64,000 nucleotides of DNA, taken from positions 83,266,001 through 83,330,000 of the forward strand of contig OZ296653.1 of NCBI GenBank assembly GCA_965655095.1, written 5' to 3'. Of the stretch, positions 24,210 to 36,869 are shown piece by piece. Made by a program: the position numbers and the translations under genes. Source of the stretch: Haplodiscus bocki (taxonomy: Eukaryota). Positions within the stretch are counted from its first letter, which is position 1, and the number at the start of each line of letters is the position of its first letter. Below the pieces are notes generated by a model. That model ran no database searches, had not been told where the DNA came from, and worked only from the letters and a program-made list of their open reading frames with translations.

Positions 24210-27200
24210 TTGGATTTTAAAGTATGCAGCGAAAAATAAAAACGCCCGGCAAACTCGGAGATAATTTGCGCCTTCGAATTTAGATACAAACTTCGAAAAA
24301 ATTGAGATTTGAACAACAAACTGTCAGAAAATTGCTCAAAAGTGCCTTACAGCTCGAAAAAATTGATTTTTCTCGAGTTTTACAAAAAGGAAACTGTAAT
24401 TCGGGCGCTAGGTTCATGGGAAAAACTGGTACATCGGTCGTATTCTACGGCCAATTTGGAACAATTTGGCGAAAGAAAAAAATGTCGCGTTGTTTTGCGC
24501 ATCGTGCAAGTGGCAAAGTTTATGCGAAAAACATGAATGTTGGATGAATGGTTTTCCTATATGAAATTCGGTCGGAAAATATTGAATACTTCAAGTCCGC
24601 ACTGCCCATTGCTTTCAGAAAGATACCCCAGGAGAACCAAATTCACGTTATTCGGTGATCAGAAATGTAATTGATTAACTTTCAACGTACTTCACTTACT
24701 TCTTTTGTGATATTCACAATTATTTCTTTTGCTGCGATACAGTTTCAATTCTATTTTCAAATTCTATAGCTCTCAAGCATACAATTTCTGAGCAAAAACT
24801 TCCTGATTGTCGATCAGTCACCGTTAACAAAACTAGCAAACCCCCCTGTCGGATTTGCAGAACAAATTTTCAATCATTCCCTGTCAATTTAAAGACATGT
24901 TCGCCTCCGCAACTACTGTTATGACGCTGAAGAAATTAAGTACGCATGATCATCATGACGTCATAGCCAAAAGACAATACGTGAGTTCAAGCTTGCTTTC
25001 TACGGAGTCGCTATTTTCACTGGCTTCCTTCGTTCCTTCGGCAATGACGTCACAGAAATTTGCATAGATTTGAAAAACCGACACACTGTTTTATATCTTC
25101 ATTATATATATGATTTCTAAGCCGATGGTCATGAAATCACAGTTGACTTTTTCAGATTTGTATTCCCGTTATGGTGTAAGTCAAATTTTGAAATTACATT
25201 TTACAGGCGGCTATGAAAAACTCAAAACTGGGGAAACAAGCCGGGAAAAACTCAATTGGTACCACTTACAAAAAAGTCTCAGTAAATGAGGGAGTATTTG
25301 ATGTTCCGAAAGAGTTTTCAACAAGTGAACTCTAAACAACAAAAGCGGTGTCACTAAATTGGCCGTACAAACTTGTTCAGAAACTCGTTTACAGGTATTA
25401 ATAAATTTCACACAACGAAGTAGGGTGTCACTACTTTCTGTCGAAAAAAGCTGTATTACAGAACCTAAAAAATCCACCGTGACCGTTCGGAATTTTAAAC
25501 ATGTGCTTTTCGAAAACTTTTGAGATGTGGAGTGGGGGTATCATATGCTTTTTGAGAAAAAAATGTAGACCTTTTTCCAATTGCCCTAGCCACACTTTGC
25601 TAAATTTTATATCAAATTGAAATTCAAATGGACAACAGAACAGAATCATTTCCAAAACTTCGTTCATCTTTCTGAAGGAACACTGAATGATACAGCCGAG
25701 CCTGGGTTTAACAGACCTCGGCGGCAGTCCACGTAATCTAAGCTGTATAAAGGTGTGTGTCATGTCGTGGATAGTGTCATGGACGTAAACAGGGAATTTT
25801 AACACAAAAACTACATTGAAAAATACCTTTGAAAATGACCTCGGACGGAAGAAGTCAAAATTGGTCTAACAATAACAGAAAGACATTGCAACCAGGACCT
25901 TTTATAACAGTAGACTTACAATTCAAGTTCTATTTGCCAGATGATCTGTAACAGAGATGAAACTGGGTCACTTTTGTAGATACTGGACCCTTGTGACGCA
26001 ACGAACCCTGACCAGATAAACAATCTGAGAAAAGTCAACCTTCAAATATGGGGCGAAAAACAAGATTGCCCGGCACACTACGAGATAAATTCAGCTTCAG
26101 AAAAGAGAAACGAACTATGAAAAAAATGAAAATCAAAACCGCAAATTGACAAAAATTGTTCAAAAATGCGCTAAGCTAAAGCTAGCAAAAAATGATTGAC
26201 CTCGAGTTTTACAGACAGAAAACTGTAATTCGGGCGCTAGGTTCATGGGAAAAACTGGTACATCGGTCGTATTCTACGGCCAATTTGGAACAATTTGGCG
26301 GAAGAAAAAAAATTGATGCGTTATTTCGCGTATCGCGCAAGTGGCAAAGTTTATGTAAAAAACATGAAAGTTGGATGAATGATTTTCCTACATGAAATTA
26401 GCTTGGAAAATAAAGAATACTTCAAATGCGCACTGCCCATTACTTTCAGAAAGATACCCCAGGAGAACCAAATTCACGTTATTCGGTGATCAGAAATGTA
26501 TTTGATTACTCTTTAACGTACTTTACTTACTTCATTAGTGATATTCTTATTTGTTTCGTTTTCTGTGATACAGTTTTAATTCTATTTTCAATTTGTATGG
26601 CTCTGAGGCATAAAATTTCTGATCATAAACTGCTTGATTGTCGATCAGTCACTGTTAACAAAACTAGCAAACCCCTCTGTCGAATTCGCAGAACAAACTT
26701 TCAATCATTCCCAGTCAATTTAGAGATCTGTTCAAGTTTATTTGCCTTCGCATTTTCTAACATGATCAAGAACAAATTGAGCAGGCATGATCATCGAAAA
26801 ACAATCCTTGATGTTATGCTTGCTTTCTACGGTTTTCTCACTGTCTTGTTCAGTTCCTTCGGCAATGACGTCACAGAAATTTGCATAGATTTGAAAAACC
26901 GACACACTGTTTTATATCTTCATTATATATATGATTTCTAAGCCGATGGTCATGAAATCACAGTTGATTTATTCAGATTTCTATTCCCGTTATGGTCTAA
27001 GTCATATTTTGAAGTTACAATTTATAAGCGGCCCTGAAAAATTGAAAGCTGTGGAAACAAGCCGGGAACAACTCAAACTGGTACCACTTAAATATAAGCC
27101 TCAATATATGAGGGATCCTTTGATGTATCGAAAAAAAATTTTGTCAGGTAAACAAAAGACGTGTCAGTAATTTGGCCGGACAAACTTGTTCAGAAAGTCG

Positions 27201-30200
27201 TTCACATGTATTAATAAATTTTACATAAGGAAGTAGGGTGTCACTGTTTTCTGTCGAGAAAAGCTGTATTGCACACTCTAAAAAATCCACTGTGACCCTT
27301 TAGCGTTTTAAACATGGCGCTCTTCGAAAATTTTTGAGATGTAAAGAGTGGGGGTATCCTAAGCCTTTTGCGAAAAAATTGTAGACCTAATTCCTTCTGC
27401 CCTAGCCACACTTTGCTAAATCAAATTGAAATTCAAATGAATAACAGAATCATTTCCAAAACTTCCTTATCTTTCTGAAGGAACACCGAATGATACAGCC
27501 GAGCCTGTTCAACAGACCTCGGCAGCAGTCCACGTGATTTAGGCTGTACAAAGGTGTTCGTCATATCGTGGATACAGTGTCATGGATGTAAACAGGGATT
27601 TTCAACAAGAAAACCACATTGCAAAATACTTTTCAAAATGACCTCGGACGGAGGAAATCAAAATTGGTCTCACAACAGAAAGACAGTATAGCCAGGACCT
27701 TTTCCAACAGTATACTTACAATTTGAGCTCTATTTGCCATATGTTCTTTAAAATAGATGAAACTGGGTCCTTTTTGTTGATCCTGGACCCTTTTGACGCA
27801 ACGAACCCTGACCAATTAAACTAACTGAAAAAAATCAACCTTAAAGTTTGCATAGAATTAAAAATCTGTGGCAAAAAAATGGAAACGCCCGGCACATTCC
27901 GAGATAAATTTTGCCTCTAAATTCAGATACAAACTCCGGAAAAAACTGAAATTCAAAAGCACAAAGTGACAGAAAATTGTTCAAAATTGACTTAAAGCTC
28001 GAAAAAACTGATTTTTCTCGATTTTTACAGGCAGAAAACTGTAATTCGGGCGCTAGGTTCATGGTAAAAACTGGTACATCGGTCGTATTCTACGGCCAAT
28101 TTGGAACAATTTGGCGGAAGAAAAAAAATTGTTGCGTTATTTCGCGTATCGTGCAAGTGGCAAAGTTTATGCAGAAAACAGGAATGTTGGATGAATGATT
28201 TTCCTATATGAAATTAGGTCGGAAAATAAAGAATACTTCAAGTGCGCACTGCCCATTACTTTCAGAAAGATACCCCGGGAGAACCAAATTCACGTTATTC
28301 GGTGATCAGAAATGTATTTGATTACTCTTCAACGTACTTTACTTACTTCATTAGTGATATTCTTATGTTTCGTTTTCTGTGATACAGTTTTAATTCTATT
28401 TTCAATTTCTATGGCTCTCAGGCAAAAAATTTCTGATCATAAACTGCTTGATTGTCGATCAGTCACTGTTAACAAAACTAGCAAACCCCTCTTTGGAATT
28501 CGGAGAACAAACTTTCAATCATTCCCAGTCAATTTAAAGATCTGTTCAAGTTTTTTCGCCTTCGCAACTATTACAATGAGGCTAAAAAAATTGAGCAGGC
28601 ATGATCATCAGGACGTCATAGCCGAAATACAATCAGTGATGTTATGCTTGCTTTCTATGGAGGTTCTTTCACTGACGTGCTTCGTTCCTTCGGCAATGAC
28701 CTCACAGAAATGTGGACACATTTGAAAAACCGACACACTGTTTTATATCTTCACTATATATAAAAGATCTCCAAGCCAATGAACATTAAATCACAGATGA
28801 CTTTTTCAGATTTACATTTCCGTTACGGTCTAAGTCATATTTTGAAGTTACATTTTATAAGCGGCCCTGAAAAAATGAAAACTATGGAAACAAGCCGGGA
28901 ATAACTCAAACTCGTACCACTTAAATATAGGCCTCAATAAATGAGGGATCCTTTGATGTATCGAAAAAAAAATTTACAGGTAAACTGTAAACAACAAAAG
29001 CCGTGTCACTAATTTGGCCGGACAAAATTGTTCAGAAACTCGTTTATAGGTATTAATAAATTTCACACAACGAAGTATTTGATTACATTTTAACGTACTT
29101 TACTTACTTCTTTTGTGACATTCACAATTATTTCGTTTGCTCTGATACAGCTTTAATTCTATTCTCAAAATCTATAGCTCTCAAACATAAAATTTCTGAG
29201 CCTAAGTTCCTGATTGTCGATCAGTCAGTCACCTTTGAAAAAATTAGCAAGCCCTCTGTCGGATTTGCAGAACAATTTTTAAATCATTCCCTGTTAATTT
29301 AAAAGTCTGTTCAAGTTCTTTCGCCTTCGCAACTACTGTTATGACGCTGAACAAATTAGACAAGCATGATCATCATGACGTCATAGCCAAAATACAATCG
29401 GTGAGGTTATGCTTGCTTTCTATGGAAGTTGATTCACAGACTTTCTTCGTTCCTTCGGCAATGACTTCACAGAAATTTGAAAACATTTGAAAAACCGACA
29501 CACTGTTTTATATCTTCATTATATATATAAGATCTCCAACCCGATGAACATCAAATCACAGATGACTTTTTCAGATTTTTTTTCCGTTATGGTCTAAGTC
29601 ATATTTTGAAGTTACAATTTATAAGCGGCCCTGAAAAATTGAAAGCTGTGGAAACAAGCCGGGAACAACTCAAACTGGTACCACTTAAATATAAGCCTCA
29701 ATATATGAGGGATCCTTTGATGTATCGAAAAAAAAATTTTTGTCAGGTAAACAAAAGACGTGTCAGTAATTTGGCCGGACAAACTTGTTCAGAAAGTCGT
29801 TCACATGTATTAATAAATTTTACATAAGGAAGTAGCGTGTCACTGCTTTCAGTCGAGAAAAACTGTATTGCACACCCTAAAAAATCCATTGCCACCCTTT
29901 GGCGTTTTAAAGATGGTGCTTTTCGAAAACTTTTGAGATGTAAAGAGTGGGGGTATCCTATGCTTTTCGCGGCAAAATTGTAGGCCTTTTTGCTTCTGCC
30001 CCAGCCACACATTGCTAAATTTCAATTCAAATTGAACTTCAAACGGATAACAAAATGATTTCCAAAGGTTTCGTTAATCTTTTTGAAGGAACACTAAATG
30101 ATACAGATGAGCCTTCGTTTAACAGACCTCGGCTGGCAGTCCACGTGATTCAGGCTGTATAAATGTGTGCGTCATATCGTGGATAGTGTCATGGATGTAA

Positions 30201-30447
30201 ACAGGGATTTTTAGCAAGAAAATTACATTTGAAGATGATCGCGGTCGGAAGAAGTCATAATTGGTCTCACAATAACACAAAGACATCCTAGCCAGGACCT
30301 TTTCTAACAGTATACTTACAATTTAAGTTCTATTTGCCATATGTTCTATAACAGAGATGAGACTGGGTAACTCTGTTGATCTAGGACCCTTGTGACTCAA
30401 CGAAACCTGACCAGATAAAATAACTGAAAAAAGTCAACCTTAAAGTT
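24210..30447. repeat. Tandem array of ~1.8-kb units (3 units, the third with an extra ~0.8-kb internal duplication)
   Basis: TGTAATTCGGGCGCTAGGTTCATGG at ~24395, 26224 and 28040; unit ends AAA(G/A)TCAACCTT at ~26040, 27840 and 30440; segment 28315-29075 is repeated at 29075-29830. Confidence 0.93.
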
Positions 30448-30872
30448 TAGTCAAACAATTTAGTTGCAGGTTTCACAAAAGCAGAATTTTGATTGACAAG
30501 GTCAATCAATATCAATTCGCGTAATATGGATAAATTTATGCCGCTCAGGCAGAATGTCTCCCAAGTTCTAGTACCGGATATCACGTGAGAATGTCACACC
30601 GAGCGGTGTTGAAAAAAATTAAGTGAGCCCGCTGTGATTGGCTGAACGCTCCACAGCTCACTCGGTAACAATTTTATTTCCATTAAATTTAAATTCAGAC
30701 CCTGAACCAACTTGACCCATCTTACGTTTTGTATGGGTCAACCCAATGAGCCTGAACCCAGTTTTATCTCTGCTCTATAACCCATTTATTCCTATCAGTT
30801 ACAATTTGAAATACGAAAGTAATCTAAATTTTTAAATTATCCCAGAACAAATCTCATGAAGTATTTCAAAAA

Positions 30873-33745
30873 TTATGACACAACTGTTAATATTGCTTTC
30901 ACTTTATCACGCTTTCTACGAGGTTTAGCCTTCTCGTTGAATTTTCCTGTAGCATCTGCAAAAAGTTTCGTTTCCTCTTTAGCCTCAATTTGAGTTTTCA
31001 AGTACCGCAACGCTGACATGTTGAATAAAACTCTTCTTTTGAGACGAGATATTTCACTCTGCATCGAAAACCCACAAGGAACAATAACGTTGTTCAAGAA
31101 TTCTTGGTTGAGAATAAAACGACCATGATGAAGCCGAATTAGGGTTAGAATTATTTTGTAACAAATTTCTCGTTTGAATCCGATCACAAAATTTTTAGCA
31201 CTGCATGTTTCAATCAGCCGCATGGCATATGAAAATGGCAACATCATTAAGCTTTGTTCCATTTCATTTGCGCTGATTTTAGCCAAACTATCCAATAAAT
31301 ATTGTTCTGCCGTTTTGCCCAGAGCTTGTAATAGAACAACAGTTTCCCCAGCAGCCACTTGTTCGCAAACTTCAAGAGATTCAATCAACAATTCTGCTCC
31401 CTTCAAAGTCTCCGCTGTTTTCTTAGAGGCTATTGCAGATTCTACATCTTGTCCCAAATTCGGCTCCAATCGCTCCATGTTTTCGCCAATTTCTTTATCC
31501 AGTTCTCGTTCACGTTCATTCTCCTCTTCTTCAGATACTATCAGAGGCTCCATAGTTCGTTGCCATACTCGAATTGCTTTATCAGAACCACTGCTAATTA
31601 GAAAGTCGCCGTTCGGATTGATTTCAAGGGTCCAAACTGTTGCTTCAAAATGCGCTCGCAGAGTTTGAATCATCTGGAATTTATCAGCGTCCCATTGTTT
31701 GATGAGCCCATCTTTTCCAGCCGTGAAAAATAAATGTGTGTTGGGAACAAACCGAACACAAGTTACACTCTCAGCGTGTGCAAATAACGATCGATGGCAA
31801 TCGCCGAAATCCATTCCCCAAATTTTGACATTTCGGTCTGCGGATCCCGTTACGATGAGGCTGCAATCTGTGCATATGTCTACACTCGTGACTGGCAGTT
31901 TGTGACCGTATAGATTGAGGAAGAATTTCAAGCTGTCGAAAAACAAAACCTAAACAAAAGATTCATTTGCACAATTTCACTTTCACAACATTCAGTTCTA
32001 GTTCTTTTTGGTGCTCAATAACTGGTATCTTCCAAGCAAAAGCAAGCTACTGCTACTGAGAGAAAATTGAGCAGCGATACCCATCTGCACTCGCCGTTAG
32101 TTTATCTCGAACTGCAACATCACAAATCAGAAGCGGGTCCAAAAACAATTGAGAGGGGTGGCGGCTATTCCAAGGAACCTTTTAGATGGGAATCAAAAGA
32201 GTAACTTACTTTCACGGTACAGTCGAGCAAAGCAACTGCAATGTATTTGCTATCTTGGGAAACTTTCAGACCAAGTATATCTTCATCCATACTCAATTTC
32301 CTGGCGAGAGATATATTAAGCGCTAATTTGTCATCATTTTCACCGGCTTCTAGGACATAATCCCAAAATTTGAGGCATTTGTCTGACCCACCAGTCACAA
32401 TTCCACGCATATTTGGGAAAGGTTGCATCGCCCAAATCTCCTGAAGATGAGCATCAATTACGGTTGACACTTGACTGTTCCCAATATCAACAATGAACAA
32501 CTGACCCATTTTTGTTCCAATAATCACATGCTTATTGCCAGGGACCATACAGCTTGTGAGAGCATAACCACTCTCGATGCTTCTTATGCAAGACATCGTT
32601 GATTTGTTCCACACCCTTGTGTTCTCTTTGGAACAGGAAACGATTAAAGAGCTGTCACTATCCAGAGTCAAGGTTCGAACATCAGAGCGGTGCCCAGGAA
32701 GCAAAAAAGTGCCATTTGATTTTCCACTTTGGTCTTCTAGATTGACGAGATCAATTGAATTGTTAGAAAGGGTACAATAGACATTTCCACTTGGTGAAAC
32801 GAAACTGAAAGACTTGATTACATCCGAAGCCTTGAATATTAACGCTTTAACGTGCTTTGCGAACGCAAGTTTCGAGTCCTCTTCTCCAGAGTCCTTCTCT
32901 GTTTCAAGCTGTTTGACTAAGTGATCAATTTTATCCACGGTTATTTTCTCGATAGTTTTTGAATTTTTACCGAGACAGAGCATCGAAGTATCTTTCAAGG
33001 GATTTTTCATTAAACATAGCACACCCTTTGAATTGGATCCGAAAAAAGACCCGAGAAGATTTACTGTAAAATTAGTCCATTTGTTCTCTCCCATGATCGT
33101 CTCAGAACCGCTCCTAACCAGATAAAATCGCAACTCTGGGTCTTGCGACCCGGTAACAAGAACTGTTTCATTCGCCAAAAATGTGAAGTTTGTTACTGGT
33201 GTCTCATGACCAACAACAGTGTGGAAACAGTGCTGAACTTTCAAATCCCAAAACTTCAAGAGGCAATCCTTCGAGGACGTTACAAGGCCATTGCTTTTGA
33301 GGAAAGCAGCATCTGTGATTGCGTCAGAGTGCCCTAGTAATCTGTAAAGGCCAACTTGATCAATGACATCCCAAATAACTATATTCGTATCTTTTCCACC
33401 ACTCACAAGTAGAGAATTTTCATCATTGAAAGTCAAACATGTAATTTCTGATTTGTGACCACAAAGAACAGCCAGACAATCGGCCGAGGCGAAATCAAAA
33501 AGTCGAACTTTACCGTCATTGTATCCAGCAGCTAATTGATCACCCTTCGCAATTTTAACAACACGACAAAATTCGGATACTCTGAAAACGCGAATGGAAG
33601 CTTTAGTTCGCAAATTCCATAAATGAACATTCTGACAGGATGCAATGAGAACTGAAGTGTCGTCCACAGCTACGCTATTTGAAGTTTGCGATATAGTCAG
33701 ACCGTAATTTCCTTCATATTCCCATCTGAGATACTCTTTGACCAT
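30873..33745 (-). CDS. WDR3: WD repeat protein 3 (Utp12/Dip2); exons 33745-32210 and 31949-30873; ~870 aa
   Basis: MVKEYLRW start, PGHRSDVR, ALLDCTVK|VLFFDSLKFFLNLYGHKLPV, SADRNVKIWGMDFGDCHRSLFAH and a Utp12-like C-terminal domain. The phase-0 GT-AG intron fits exactly. Confidence 0.93.
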
Positions 33746-34449
33746 TATGCTGCCACTCAGTATATCTAAAAACATACTTACTTTATATAAAGACTTCATA
33801 CAGGAAATATAGAAAAAAATAGAGTAGTATTTGAAAAAGACTTGAATTAACTAATTAAAGTAATCTTAACAATAGATTCACTCAAGCAAATTATAATGGG
33901 AAATAAAATTATGAAGGTATATGTTTCAAAAACAGCTATGCACATCAGATAACAGGGCTCAACGAAAACACCTAAATACATCTGCCTTCCTTTGAACAAG
34001 TGGTGCTCTCCAACGAAGTCAAGTACATATCTTTGTGAACGGTGGTTCACAATGGGGATAAGGTTGCAAAAAATTATCACACTTCCGCTGTTATCGTCTG
34101 TGCTTTTCCAACTTGGAATAATTTTGTAGTAGCGTACTTTGTATTTTCCGATTCTTTGATGGTATAATCGTCAACATCTCCAGTTAAAAATTATTTACAC
34201 AGTAGCAGGTCCTGCCGTTACTTACACAAAGCCGTTAGATTTTCAAGAGCCTCAGTCGTTGTTCGCAACTTTTCAAGCTCATGACCCATTGGCTTATCTG
34301 TTTCTGAGCAGCTTTTAGTTCTTTTACATTACGATTGATCAGTTATCACAGGGGACTCAAAAGTAAGGTACGTAGGGAACTACAACGCAATATCTTAATT
34401 TATAGCAAATTCTTTTTCTGCTCAAAAGCATCGTTTTCGCCACATCCAT

Positions 34450-35520
34450 TGAGTATAACTTCACAACATGTTTTGATGTGACGATGCTTTGCCAGGTTCG
34501 GAGTGGTAATAGTTATTCTGCTGCTTTCCATTTTGAAGGGATCGGGTGCTGGACCTAACGAAAATCTGGCTGAAGACGCAGACGATGTTTTTGTTCACTA
34601 AATCCGTTGCAGTACAAAATTGTTGTCAGTATTACTATAACACGCTTTGCCAATTTATAAATAATAGCAAATCCTTCTGCCAGATAGGTAGCATAAATCT
34701 GTCCAAACATTTCAAATATCCGTTTACATTTTTCCTGCTTCGAAGTCACGCCTATCACGCTGAATGAATAAAGCAGTTGAGTGAATATAACAGACTCAAG
34801 GAACTCACTCGCTTTCTTCATTCGGCATGATCATTTTGTCACCGTAACCGAAACACAATCACTGAGTTTTTTTACCCGCTTTTAAAGGCTTGCAATTTTC
34901 ACTTGCTGTCTTCGGTCTTTCGACAAGGACGTCAGAATTACTTTGATAAATTTGAAAAGCCGAGGCACGGTAATCAAAGAGTCCGATCTCGACAAGTTTA
35001 ACAACTCTGCGAATAATCTCCACATTTCTATAAGTGCAGTATCAATTGCGTTGGGAAAAATTCACAAGAGAATTTATTGAACAATTTTTGCTCCACTTTG
35101 TTCCAAAGCCAACTGAGCTGTAGTTGGTACAAACTGAGTTTGTTGCATCGTTTGAATAAAACTGGAATTGACAGTTTCCAATACGAACATTGCAGCGACA
35201 CCAAGCACAACTTGTAAGCAGTCGGAGAACATTTGCTTCAACAATTTTTACGTCATTGAAAACTTATAGGACATCAAAACTGCAACGCGACCAAACCTTC
35301 AATTTTAAAAAAATGACAAAACCTTAAGATGATAACGTAAACGTACGAATTTTGACGACCCGTTGTTGTGTTTTTACCTTTTTATGCAGTTTTTGTAGAA
35401 TAAAAAAAAACAAGTTTTTCCGGCCTCGGCTTCCCTCTTAACACACTGATTGAATGGACTCACTCCGTTTTATTCACTCCGCGTGATCATCATGACGCCA
35501 TAACGAAAACAAACTCGCGC
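34450..35520 (+). mobile_element. Highly decayed relative of the 1.8-kb repeat unit (possible LINE endonuclease relic)
   Basis: GCATGATCATTTTGTCACCGTAACCGAAACACAATC (34825) and GTGATCATCATGACGCCATAAC (35483) match the array motif GCATGATCATCATGACGTCATAGCC; TTTGAAAAGCCGA matches TTTGAAAAACCGA. Confidence 0.45.
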
Positions 35521-36759
35521 TGATGAACGAGCGTAATAGCCTGGTAAATCAAATAGAAGCCCTCCAACAAAAATATCGTCCCTTCAGAGGAAGGCAGAAG
35601 TGACTATGGAGCAACTGCAGCTTTGGAAGTACGCGGCCATCAGCGTCAGCTTACGCTTGACAAACGGATGAAAACAATCACTGTCTGACGAAAAAGTTGC
35701 AGAGTGCAGAGTTCGGTTATATCACAGCGGTGGAAGAGCTTGATGAGCAGAAGGAGCGATCTAAAGCTCATTCGAGCAGCTGAAAATCCAACAAGGCACC
35801 GTTGCGACATTCAACCGTTAGCTGCAGACTCGCGACATTGCAACTAGAAAGGGCGAGGCTCTAAGTTTATATCAGCAGCTGATGGTGCCGAATGACGCCC
35901 CAGTAGATTAATTACAAGGAGGTTCCGAAAGCTTATTTAATGTGTCGCCCAGACCAGGGAGTAACTCATGAAGCGTTTGTCAGACTACAGCGGGCTCACC
36001 GATTTCAGACGCCCGCAAAGTATATGAACTTGCGGAAAGCGAAGCTGCAATTAGCATTCAGTTTCAAAAACAATCTAGACTCATGAACGTTGTTTTCGCT
36101 TGGGCGTCAATAGGGGATTAATTTCCTCACTGGCCCATGCTTTGTTTTTGCTTTCCTGTTCTGGTTGTTATCTTGTTTTGCTGCAATGAGGCTGACTTCT
36201 CTTTTAGAAGAGAACATTTTAGGATGCTTGAAAAAGATATTTTGTGAAAATAATTTAAACGTCAATAAAAACGATTAATTTAGAATCGGCCATAAAATCA
36301 CTTTTATGAGAAATGTCATGAATCTGGGCTGTTGATTTTGCGAGCTTCCGCAAAGCTACTGTCGTGTTTCGATAGTGGGCAAATTTCAACTAAACAGCTA
36401 TCCGTCGGGTTTCGACGGATGAGCTCCAAAAAACTTTAATCTTACAAGATGACGGCGAGTTTGCTGTTGCCGAACACTTTTCGCTGATAAGGGGTACATA
36501 AGCTAAATGAGGAGTCGGTCATTTGTTTGTTGCCTGATTTCTTCAGATTGCTTTTTAAAACGCTACTTTTTTCCCAGGAATTAAAGCAAACCCTACTCAA
36601 TTCTCGACTACGAAAAAAACTCTCAAGAAAGTCCACAAAATCTTCCTTTTTTCCCAAGTTCTTGGGAACATTATACTAGCTTTCATTTGGAAATAGGACA
36701 GAAGAAACATCATACCCATGTAGGACAATGTATTTAAACTCAATATTGCGTACTTTGTA

Positions 36760-36790
36760 CTCTCTCTCTTTCTCCTTTTCTTTCTTTAGT

Positions 36791-36865
<75 letters not shown>
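36760..36865. repeat. (TTTC)n/(TC)n microsatellite
   Basis: Directly visible. Confidence 0.97.
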
Positions 36866-36866
<1 letters not shown>

Positions 36867-36869
36867 AAA

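Noticed and set aside
33746-33799. ORF-track start for WDR3 at 33799
   Set aside because: WDR3 similarity begins at MVKEYLRW (33745), and an acceptor-like TTTTTAG lies between the two starts.
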